From positions 5,574-69,573 of IMG/VR virus record IMGVR_UViG_3300033067_000365: a stretch of 64,000 bases of DNA, one strand, 5' to 3'. A program made the position numbers and the translations under genes. The notes under the pieces were generated by a model. The model was not told the DNA's origin, searched no databases, and worked only from the letters and a program-made list of their open reading frames with translations. This document shows positions 28,497 to 35,955 of this stretch, piece after piece. Within the stretch, counting starts at the first letter, position 1. Every line of letters begins with the position of its first letter. This DNA comes from a virus. Lineage: Duplodnaviria > Caudoviricetes.

Positions 28497-29975
28497 TTAA
28501 CCTGCGTTCTCTAAATTATTTGAACTTGTATCTGAACCAGATGGATTAGTCGCTGTACCTTCACCTGCTGTAGCGAAACCATCACCACTGCGGGAAGTAT
28601 TATTTGGCATAGCGTCAGAGTTAGGCTCTTCGTCTTCTGGTAATGCATCAATACCAACAGACTCACGTACACGATTGAGAACAGGTCGGTCAATTTCAAT
28701 AATACCTGTACTAGCATAACGCTGAATGGCTTTACTGAATGACTCTAAATCTTCTGTCTGAATATTATCAAAGTCCATGTAGCCCATACGTGATGTATCC
28801 CATCCGTTTAGCTCATAAGTTTGACGAACTAATTCGTCATTGATAACTTGTGTAATTCTCTTTAGCATGGCTTCTGCAGCATTACCAGAGAGTGAACTCT
28901 TAATCTGACCTAGTGCAAAAGAACCACCACCATTTTGACCCATAACAAGCAAGTCAGCAAAGAGTGAAGTAAGAATTAAATTCTTGTAATACTCTTTAAT
29001 TTTAGTTGTATCCATTGCCTTATTACCATTCAGGCTTAATAACTCTAAGCTGAATAGTGGCTGGCGCGTATCTTGGTCATAAGCCTGTGGGAGAATCAAA
29101 GCGGATTGCTGATTCATTTGCAAGTTGCGCATTACATTTTCGTAATAAGCGCGGATAGACTTCTGTTCTGGAGAAGCATCTGCAGCTAGATACTGTGGAG
29201 GTAATTTAAGAACTGGCAGACCAGCTAAATCTTTTGCTACACCGTTTGCTTCAATCTCTTCGATTACAGATAAGAAGCGCCAAGCTAAGTAAGCATCACG
29301 TAATGGAGACTTACCATATGGGTCACCCTTGTGCTTACCTGCACGGAACAACATAATCTTAGCTCTTGGTAGAACTACAGCATCCATGTTGCGTCTATCA
29401 TAGCGATTGTAAGGGTCATTAACTAAACTAAGATTCTGACGAACTCCGATAACATCGTTACCATCATTACTAAATACGAAACGTTCAATAGTCTCTTGGT
29501 TACGAATAGGCAGTTTCTTCCAACCGATTAAACCATCATTATACTTAGAACCATTTGCTTTTAAACGTCTACGATAAACCTTCTCATGAACAGAGAATCC
29601 AAAGACATTTGCGCTTAATGCATCGCTAATGAAATCAGACCAAGTTTGGTCTTGCAAATCATTCATCATTTCATTGATAATTCTAGCTTGCTCTAGTTCT
29701 GCAGGTGTAGCATCTGCTGGCGCTTTAAATTTCCAATCTGCTTTACCGACTAGATTATCAAACAGAGTCAATGCTGAGTTGACAGTAGAATGATACGACA
29801 TTTGCTTATATGTTAGAATACTAGCAGGAAAGTTAAGCTCTCGCTTGATTTCATCTTGGCTTAATCCTGCATAAATATTCAAACCGAGATAACCAGCTTC
29901 AGCTAATTTAAATCTCTCAGGTGAATCATTCATGCTGGCCTTTTCGACAGTTTCTTGTTTCTTTGGTCGTGCCAT
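28497..29975 (-). CDS. portal protein
   Basis: 492 aa directly after terL; FGFSVHEKVY; GDP.G.SPLR..Y..W. Confidence 0.9.
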   Translation of the reverse strand: MARPKKQETVEKASMNDSPERFKLAEAGYLGLNIYAGLSQDEIKRELNFPASILTYKQMSYHSTVNSALTLFDNLVGKADWKFKAPADATPAELEQARIINEMMNDLQDQTWSDFISDALSANVFGFSVHEKVYRRRLKANGSKYNDGLIGWKKLPIRNQETIERFVFSNDGNDVIGVRQNLSLVNDPYNRYDRRNMDAVVLPRAKIMLFRAGKHKGDPYGKSPLRDAYLAWRFLSVIEEIEANGVAKDLAGLPVLKLPPQYLAADASPEQKSIRAYYENVMRNLQMNQQSALILPQAYDQDTRQPLFSLELLSLNGNKAMDTTKIKEYYKNLILTSLFADLLVMGQNGGGSFALGQIKSSLSGNAAEAMLKRITQVINDELVRQTYELNGWDTSRMGYMDFDNIQTEDLESFSKAIQRYASTGIIEIDRPVLNRVRESVGIDALPEDEEPNSDAMPNNTSRSGDGFATAGEGTATNPSGSDTSSNNLENAG

Positions 29976-29988
29976 TCATGGCTCCTTA

Positions 29989-31455
29989 TTAATATCCGAT
30001 AGTTGTGAATTGGGGCATTGATACATTATGGCTAGGCATACTATCAAATGGATTTGAACCTGTCATATCAGGTAATGAAAATATTGGTAGTACTGTATCC
30101 TTATTCAGAAGCAACATGCAGTCACTGCAACAGTCCACTTGGTCATCTTTTTTCTTTGGGTCACCGTCAAAAACTTCAAGTTCATCGAAGAAGTCTTTAT
30201 TCCAATTTGCTTTTACTACATTAACGAAGCCAGCTTGTGCAATACTTGAGAATGGTGCAAAACGTGTAATCTTAGATTTAACAGGTTTGGTTAATCTGCA
30301 CACGAAACCCATTTCAGCTAACTTACGTTGCAAGTCTTTTGCATAAGCACCAGCGGCTGCAGCAGGGTCTAACGGAATTGAAATAATCACGCCTTGACCA
30401 TCGTGACGAGCAGTATCAAAGACTAATTTCTCAACCTCGTGAACTCTGTCTCTAATTGATACAATATCTTCTACAGTATAAACCTTGGCATCATCTTTAG
30501 AGATAAGTACGCCTCTAGTCCAGTCAGGATTTGGATATTGTTCTGACGGTTTACTAAAAGCAAAATCCCAAGCTCTAATTCGTTGTTTAGCCCTTCCGTT
30601 TGGAAAGTCTACTAGACCACACCACTCACGTTTGAAAAGTCCTGATGACTCCATACGAGCATACCATGAACCGTCTAATAAACGTTCCTTTTCTACGCGA
30701 GGTAAGGACATTAAACGGCTGATATAATCTGGTTGAGCTTTTAGGAGCGGAGGGTTATCTCGACAAGTCGCACCGATAAACGTAAATGAACTGATACCAG
30801 ATTCATCACCTTTACCGTGAATAGCTTCAGCTTCTTCTATGCTATTATACCACAACATTGTGTTTCCTTGACGGAAAAAGAAGCGTTTATGGCCTGTTTT
30901 TTCTGGTGATGGAATGCCAGTTTGTGGGTCTAAGTAATAGTCTTCTAACCAATGACGTAAAAAGCTGTTATAATCAGGGTTAGTCATTAAGAACATCTGA
31001 GGTGTGTAATCAACATACGCATTACGCATACGTGAAAGTAAATACACTACCATCTCTTCTTCGAAGTCTGTAGCTTCATCGAAAATTACTAGGCTGTATT
31101 GACCACCCTTGTGGTCATACATGTTATTCGCATGCTGCATATGGCTGAACTTAAGTAACGCTCCATTTGGGAAGATAAGTTCAAGTTCGCGGCTTCTGAT
31201 ACGAAGGTTTGGGTAAAGTTGAGTATAGAGGTTTACAGCCTCATGCCAAATAGAACCCGGAGCTGTCAACATCTTAGAAGTCCTACGGAAGATAACTCCA
31301 GTAGCTCTTGGATGCTGCATAAATTTTAAGGCAATAAGTAAAGCAGTATAAGTTTTACCAGACCCTGCTGCTCCACCTGCTAGTGTAATAGTGGCATCAC
31401 TATTTAAGAACATCTCTTGCTTTTTGGATGCTGGTCCGATAACTACTTGACTCAT
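29989..31455 (-). CDS. terL: terminase large subunit
   Basis: Walker A GGAAGSGKT, Walker B FDEA, nuclease WDFA...D.T; DDQVD. Confidence 0.95.
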   Translation of the reverse strand: MSQVVIGPASKKQEMFLNSDATITLAGGAAGSGKTYTALLIALKFMQHPRATGVIFRRTSKMLTAPGSIWHEAVNLYTQLYPNLRIRSRELELIFPNGALLKFSHMQHANNMYDHKGGQYSLVIFDEATDFEEEMVVYLLSRMRNAYVDYTPQMFLMTNPDYNSFLRHWLEDYYLDPQTGIPSPEKTGHKRFFFRQGNTMLWYNSIEEAEAIHGKGDESGISSFTFIGATCRDNPPLLKAQPDYISRLMSLPRVEKERLLDGSWYARMESSGLFKREWCGLVDFPNGRAKQRIRAWDFAFSKPSEQYPNPDWTRGVLISKDDAKVYTVEDIVSIRDRVHEVEKLVFDTARHDGQGVIISIPLDPAAAAGAYAKDLQRKLAEMGFVCRLTKPVKSKITRFAPFSSIAQAGFVNVVKANWNKDFFDELEVFDGDPKKKDDQVDCCSDCMLLLNKDTVLPIFSLPDMTGSNPFDSMPSHNVSMPQFTTIGY

Positions 31456-31464
31456 TTAAATCCC

Positions 31465-31812
31465 TTATACGTTTTCATTCACCACTTTAAGCGAAAATAT
31501 CGGAGAATTCTGTTGTTGAATCTCTGTACCTTCTTCTTCATCAGCATCTTCACCATCATAAACATCTAGTGTAAGTCTGCGATAATTGTCTAATAAGATA
31601 GTGGCAGCTTTTAATTGATTTTGGTGACTAGCCTCTTCATTCTGCATAATATCTGCAGCTTGGGTGATAGCTTTAGCTACGTGAGGTTTAATCTTACGTA
31701 GGAGCATAATAAGTTCACGCTCTTTCAAATCACGTTTAGTCGGCTTCTCTAGGACAGACGACTTCTTAGGTCTTCCGCTTGGATTACCTGATTTACCTTT
31801 TTCGAAGGCCAT
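31465..31812 (-). CDS. terS: terminase small subunit
   Basis: FEKGKSGNPSGRPK N-terminus; immediately upstream of terL; AAGGAG RBS. Confidence 0.8.
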   Translation of the reverse strand: MAFEKGKSGNPSGRPKKSSVLEKPTKRDLKERELIMLLRKIKPHVAKAITQAADIMQNEEASHQNQLKAATILLDNYRRLTLDVYDGEDADEEEGTEIQQQNSPIFSLKVVNENV

Positions 31813-31827
31813 ATTATTCTCCTTGAA

Positions 31828-32008
31828 TTAGTTCTGGTTACGATTCCAGAGTGCGCTTTTCGTAGCACCGCAAAACAATACGCTGTGTCCTTTGCAGTCT
31901 TATTTGGCAATAAGACCCTAGAGTGTTACCTCCATGTTACCTCGCAACAGATTCGAGGGACGCCTTCTACATAGTAGATAACCGTTAGCGCAACGGTCCT
32001 AAGGGGAC
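31828..32008 (-). ncRNA. candidate structured RNA / long leader upstream of terS
   Basis: About 180 nt non-coding region with at least 6 hairpins (e.g. GTCTTATT/AATAAGAC, ACCGTT/AACGGT, CCTCG/CGAGG). Confidence 0.5.
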
Positions 32009-32505
32009 TTGTTAAACTCACAATTTTTATGAGTTTTATTTCTTCCAGAAATACAAGAATAAACAGCAGAAGGTGTAAAACCAGCAGCTATTAGTTCTTG
32101 CTTGCCAGATAATTCTATAATCTTACCAGTTACCAGATTTTTACAAATAATCGTATATTTTCTAATACCTGTCCTACTTTTATTACCAAGAGCATTCTTT
32201 TTACCTAAAGGTATTGGAGGTAGCCCACCACCCTTTGTAATGTTCCAGCCTATCTTATCTGAAGGTCTTAGCATCTCTTCAATAAAGCAAGCAAACTCTT
32301 TATCTAGTCCTGTAACTAAAATAATTTTATCAAGATTATCCCAACCATATTTACTAATGGCCCTACTCAATATTGAGGTAGACATTAGTTTCTCATGGTC
32401 ATTAAATCTTCTACTTACATTTGAACTGATACCAATATATCCCTCATTTAAATAGTCTGAAGAGTCTCTTTTAGTTATCCAGTAGACCGAATAATTGTTA
32501 GACAT
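31999..32505 (-). CDS. GIY-YIG homing endonuclease (NUMOD-type C-terminus)
   Basis: YSVYWI...YIGIS.N..RRF..H; WNITKGG. Confidence 0.85.
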   Translation of the reverse strand: MSNNYSVYWITKRDSSDYLNEGYIGISSNVSRRFNDHEKLMSTSILSRAISKYGWDNLDKIILVTGLDKEFACFIEEMLRPSDKIGWNITKGGGLPPIPLGKKNALGNKSRTGIRKYTIICKNLVTGKIIELSGKQELIAAGFTPSAVYSCISGRNKTHKNCEFNKSP

Positions 32506-32788
32506 TATTTTCGTCAGTAGGTTCTGCTAGTTTCTCTGCTACTGCACCTGCAGCTTTACGACCAGAGATACCACCTAATGTACCAACGCCCATAAAGGCA
32601 ATGGCCTTTAGGATTTCAAGGAATATTGCATCGATTGGTGCTAATACTGTAGATTGGTCTTCGAAGGCAATAGCCCACATAACACCCATCGCAATTAAAA
32701 ATACCATTGAAGTAATCGCTTTAACTACGAAAGCCCATACACGAACTTCAATTTGGTCGGCAGTCATGCCTTTATAACTATCTAACAT
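32498..32788 (-). CDS. two-TM membrane protein (holin-like)
   Basis: Two hydrophobic helices; G.LGG..G motif. Confidence 0.6.
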   Translation of the reverse strand: MLDSYKGMTADQIEVRVWAFVVKAITSMVFLIAMGVMWAIAFEDQSTVLAPIDAIFLEILKAIAFMGVGTLGGISGRKAAGAVAEKLAEPTDENNV

Positions 32789-32789
32789 A

Positions 32790-33020
32790 TTATTCCTTAC
32801 TTTTCTTAATATCTTTTAAAAGTTGCTCGTTATACTTAATCATATCTTCGAGCTTTTCAACCTTAGTTGTCCATTGTTTGTCACGGACTTCAATTTTGTG
32901 GTTGTTTCTATCAGTAGTAATATACATATCCACTAATGGTGGTACTACAAGTAATAGAGCTATTACAGCTGTAGCTGCTGCAATCATAGAAACTATTGAC
33001 GAGTTATTAGCCTTATCCAT
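32790..33020 (-). CDS. single-TM protein with coiled-coil C-terminus
   Basis: Likely start MDKANN at 33020; hydrophobic helix. Confidence 0.55.
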   Translation of the reverse strand: MDKANNSSIVSMIAAATAVIALLLVVPPLVDMYITTDRNNHKIEVRDKQWTTKVEKLEDMIKYNEQLLKDIKKSKE

Positions 33021-33721
33021 ATTGCCCATATTTCTGCTAGAAACACTATTATTAGAAATACCGTAACCATTTCCAGCTTTATTTGATTTTGTAGTTGTTC
33101 TCGTAGCCATCGCTCACCAGCTGCCTTCTTGCGTTTTTCTATTTCTGCTAATGCTTGTTGCTCTTGAATAATACCTACTCGCTTAACAACCTTAGTATAA
33201 AGGTCACCTAATTCGGCAGGACTCTGATAGACCATAGTTTCACGGATAGTTACCTGAAGCTTCTGAATCTCAATCATTGCATATTCAATATCGATAGCCG
33301 AACTCATAAGTTCTTCGTAACCTTGAGATTCTAAGGACTTAGTTTCAGCTTCAGCTAATTTAGCTTGCAATTGAGACATACAACTGAAGAATATTTTTAG
33401 CTGTTCTATCAAACCTATCACAATAGATAGTTCATCTAATTGAACATCTTCTGCAGGTTTCTTTTTATTTTGTTTTGTAGGTTTAGTTGATAGATTATCT
33501 AAGGCTAAATCTGCTATCTTCGGAAGTTCTTTCTTTTTCTTAGGGAACATCTTTTCCCATATGAATTTCCAGATACTGGTTACTTCTTTCGAAATACCTT
33601 TTACTTCATCGAATGTTTTCTTAGCTTTGAGTACTGTACCTTTGTACTCTTTGTATAATTCACAGCCCTGTTGAATGGCTGATACTGCTGCATTTGCTGC
33701 AGCTAGGATAGCTAATGGCAT
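32993..33721 (-). CDS. coiled-coil protein with C-terminal TM anchor
   Basis: Start moved to ATG 33721 (MPLAILAAA) because the upstream extension overlaps tRNA genes. Confidence 0.7.
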   Translation of the reverse strand: MPLAILAAANAAVSAIQQGCELYKEYKGTVLKAKKTFDEVKGISKEVTSIWKFIWEKMFPKKKKELPKIADLALDNLSTKPTKQNKKKPAEDVQLDELSIVIGLIEQLKIFFSCMSQLQAKLAEAETKSLESQGYEELMSSAIDIEYAMIEIQKLQVTIRETMVYQSPAELGDLYTKVVKRVGIIQEQQALAEIEKRKKAAGERWLREQLQNQIKLEMVTVFLIIVFLAEIWAIWIRLITRQ

Positions 33722-33741
33722 ATCTCTACCCTGATAATAAA

Positions 33742-33819
33742 TGGTCCGTAATGAGCGATTCGAACACTCGATATCTTGGCCCCAAACCAAGTGACTTAAC
33801 CAGACTAGCCTAATTACGG
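33742..33819 (-). tRNA. trnP: tRNA-Pro(TGG)
   Basis: Acceptor CCGTAAT/ATTACGG+ACCA; anticodon arm CTTGG-TTTGGGG-CCAAG; TTCGAAT loop. Confidence 0.88.
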
Positions 33820-33827
33820 ATATTAAT

Positions 33828-33868
33828 TGGTGGACAATCTTTGGCTGACCGTAGCCTATACATCGCCC
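33828..33868 (-). ncRNA. 41-nt tRNA-acceptor mini-RNA ending in ACCA
   Basis: GGGCGAT/ATTGTCC 7-bp stem, one internal hairpin GGCT-ACGGTC-AGCC, 3' ACCA. Confidence 0.55.
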
Positions 33869-33873
33869 GTATT

Positions 33874-33966
33874 TGGCGGAAACGGTGAGACTTGAACTCA
33901 CACACCCATCTCTGAGCCTTCTGCTTTCAAAACAGCTGCCGCTAGACCGACTCGGCTAACGTTTCC
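33874..33966 (-). tRNA. trnS: tRNA-Ser(TGA)
   Basis: Long variable arm, loop TTTGAAA, encoded CCA. Confidence 0.88.
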
Positions 33967-33971
33967 TTATT

Positions 33972-34065
33972 TGGCGGGTAGTACATGATTCGAACATGTG
34001 GGCGGCTGTTATACCACCGTCTGTTTAGCAAACAGATGCCATAAACCTGACTCGACCAACTACCC
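33972..34065 (-). tRNA. trnS: tRNA-Ser(GCT)
   Basis: TCTGT-TTGCTAA-ACAGA, long variable arm, CCA. Confidence 0.9.
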
Positions 34066-34143
34066 TAAATTATTTAGATACGAGGAATTTTCTCTGCGTA
34101 TCCTGAACCTTCATTATTCATAAATGCTCCTATATATTATATT

Positions 34144-34219
34144 TGCGAACCGAGAAGGAATCGAACCTCCAACCTTCGGATTTGGAATCCACTGCTCTGC
34201 CTAGTTGAGCTATCGGAAC
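34144..34219 (-). tRNA. trnW: tRNA-Trp(CCA), degenerate
   Basis: D and T arms normal, loop TTCCAAA; two U:U acceptor mismatches; no encoded CCA. Confidence 0.65.
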
Positions 34220-34223
34220 TAAT

Positions 34224-34310
34224 TGGTGCAGCCAGATGGATTCGAACCACCAATGCCCCTAAGGGCGACAGATTTACAGTCTGCTGCCTTAACCGTTCAG
34301 CCATGTCTGC
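34224..34310 (-). tRNA. trnY: tRNA-Tyr(GTA)
   Basis: GCAGA-CTGTAAA-TCTGT, long variable arm, CCA. Confidence 0.9.
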
Positions 34311-34316
34311 ATTATT

Positions 34317-34392
34317 TGGCTCTCTTGCGTGGGCTTGAACCACGGACATTTTGATTAACAGTCAAACGCTCTACCAACTGAGCTACAAGAGA
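34317..34392 (-). tRNA. trnN: tRNA-Asn(GTT)
   Basis: TTTGA-CTGTTAA-TCAAA; full cloverleaf; CCA. Confidence 0.93.
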
Positions 34393-34397
34393 ATATT

Positions 34398-34472
34398 TGG
34401 TACAGCATGGGAGAATCGAACTCCCCTTGCTCGGATGAAAACCGAGTGTCCTAACCGATAGACGAATGCTGC
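34398..34472 (-). tRNA. trnE: tRNA-Glu(TTC)
   Basis: CTCGG-TTTTCAT-CCGAG; CCA. Confidence 0.92.
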
Positions 34473-34488
34473 ATTATTAATTGAGAAG

Positions 34489-34516
34489 ATTATAGCACAA
34501 ATCCTAACGGATTCAA
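34489..34516 (-). promoter_or_regulatory. internal tRNA-cluster promoter
   Basis: TTGAAT-16-TATAAT with TGTGC before the -10. Confidence 0.55.
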
Positions 34517-34556
34517 TAGGCTATTAACAAATACTTGTAATCTTCTCGAAAATGAT

Positions 34557-34623
34557 GTTCAATGTATACCTCTAACGACTTAATGTTTCTTGTGGGGCTT
34601 GCCGACATACCATTACATTGAAC
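34557..34623 (-). ncRNA. candidate small structured RNA after tRNA-Ile
   Basis: Perfect 10-bp closing stem GTTCAATGTA/TACATTGAAC. Confidence 0.35.
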
Positions 34624-34629
34624 TAAAAC

Positions 34630-34705
34630 TGGTACGGAGAACTGGACTTGAACCAGTGGCCTAACGCTTATCAAGCGTTTGCTCTACCAACTGAGCTATC
34701 TCCGC
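34630..34705 (-). tRNA. trnI: tRNA-Ile(GAT)
   Basis: AACGC-TTGATAA-GCGTT; CCA. Confidence 0.93.
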
Positions 34706-34707
34706 AT

Positions 34708-34784
34708 TGGTGCTGCCTGTAGGACTTGAACCTACAACCTTTCGCTTACAAGGCGAATGCACTAGCCAATTGTGCTAAGGCAGC
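34708..34784 (-). tRNA. trnT: tRNA-Thr(TGT)
   Basis: TTCGC-CTTGTAA-GCGAA; CCA. Confidence 0.93.
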
Positions 34785-34796
34785 TAATCCTAGAGT

Positions 34797-34942
34797 ATAT
34801 TCGTATCTACAGAGGACTAGGCTCCATGTAGAACTAGTAGACTTCTGACTTTTGGTGTCTACAACCTCAGTAACGTTAGATTAAGTTACGTAGCTTCTGC
34901 TATTGCTTTTTGTGCCGTTCGGTATTTCCGAATAGCGAATAT
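34797..34942 (-). ncRNA. candidate multi-hairpin ncRNA in the tRNA cluster
   Basis: Closing stem ATATTCG/CGAATAT encloses five hairpins. Confidence 0.55.
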
Positions 34943-35347
34943 TTAATGACCAGTTCTATCGTAGATAGCTCTTCTGCGCTCTGGCGTATAGTATCTAGCT
35001 TGAACTTCTCTTTTAACATTTTTACAAGCTTCGCACCTGCAACCATGTTTGTCATATTTGTTTATTGTACCACATTTTGAGATAGGTCTTCTTGCATCAG
35101 CAGTATTACAGACTAAATGGCTAAAACTAATATTATTTAAATCAAAATAAAGTTCTTTTGGATTCTCACTGTCTAGCCAAGGTGTCTTATGTTCTATTGA
35201 AAATGTTTCTCTTGTCATTTGCTGACCACATTTACAACATTTGCCTTGTCCAGTTTGTAAAATTAAATCCCACAAGATATCTTTAACTAATCTGTGACTT
35301 GCTGTACTAGGATTCATACCTAGCTGCTCTGTTTTCTTATCTTTCAT
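34943..35347 (-). CDS. HNH endonuclease within the tRNA cluster
   Basis: CCKC...SIEHK.PW...N..FSH..CN; C-terminal CRC..C. Confidence 0.8.
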   Translation of the reverse strand: MKDKKTEQLGMNPSTASHRLVKDILWDLILQTGQGKCCKCGQQMTRETFSIEHKTPWLDSENPKELYFDLNNISFSHLVCNTADARRPISKCGTINKYDKHGCRCEACKNVKREVQARYYTPERRRAIYDRTGH

Positions 35348-35371
35348 GTCTATCCTTCGATGACGTTGATG

Positions 35372-35448
35372 TGGAAGCGAGAGGCTGGATTTGAACCAGC
35401 GTTCTTTACCTTATGAGGGTAGCGAGATGACCACTTCTCTACTCTGCT
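35372..35448 (-). tRNA. trnM: tRNA-Met(CAT) (Met or Ile2 not resolved)
   Basis: CTACC-CTCATAA-GGTAA; T arm GCTGG/CCAGC; CCA; one bulged base in the acceptor stem. Confidence 0.8.
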
Positions 35449-35456
35449 ATAACCGT

Positions 35457-35651
35457 TTAGAAACCGTGGGAATCGTCCCAATCGTAGTGAATCTGCGCTG
35501 CAGTACGTCCACTAGGGTTCTTTAGAATCTCGAAATCAACTTCGGACTCTGAATCTACTTCATTCAATACTACATTCGCGCAGTCTTCGCATTCATAACC
35601 TTGGTTAAATACGTTCTGCTTAAAGTATTGATTGCACACGATACATTTCAT
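35457..35651 (-). CDS. small Zn-ribbon hypothetical protein
   Basis: CxxC...CxxC, acidic tail. Confidence 0.65.
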   Translation of the reverse strand: MKCIVCNQYFKQNVFNQGYECEDCANVVLNEVDSESEVDFEILKNPSGRTAAQIHYDWDDSHGF

Positions 35652-35858
35652 TGTGGCTCTTTTCGTTAAATTATAAATTAGTGCTGGTTACTTATCCAGC
35701 TTTCAACTAAGCAGTTGTGAAAGGAGTTTGAAAGCAACTACGAAATTGAAAAGATTATATCGCAGCAGTTTCTTAACAGGAGTTTATGTTAGCAGGGTAC
35801 GTGCGCTTAATACACATATTTACTAAAAATTTAAATTAAAATTTGCTACGATAGTGTA

Positions 35859-35887
35859 ATTATATCACAACTTTGGAGAAATATCAA
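35859..35887 (-). promoter_or_regulatory. sigma70-type promoter driving the tRNA-cluster transcript
   Basis: TTGATA-17-TATAAT with TG extension. Confidence 0.75.
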
Positions 35888-35955
35888 GAGCAAATCAATA
35901 AAATTTCCACAAAGTAGCTCAGTCTACTATCGTAGCCTTCGCATGCGCTTAACGT

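Noticed and set aside
31828-32505. Group I intron carrying the GIY-YIG gene
   Set aside because: No recognisable P7/catalytic core, and the flanking genes are intact rather than split
33828-33873. Theta (HDV-like) ribozyme at a tRNA 3' trailer
   Set aside because: No GG for P1.1, no P4 or J4/2 catalytic C, and no P2 partner after the first helix; it ends in ACCA instead
33722-33901. N-terminal extension of ORF 32993..33901
   Set aside because: Overlaps tRNA-Pro, the mini-RNA and tRNA-Ser; the real start is ATG 33721
34137-34349. 70-aa ORF from the track
   Set aside because: Shadow of tRNA-Trp/Tyr/Asn genes
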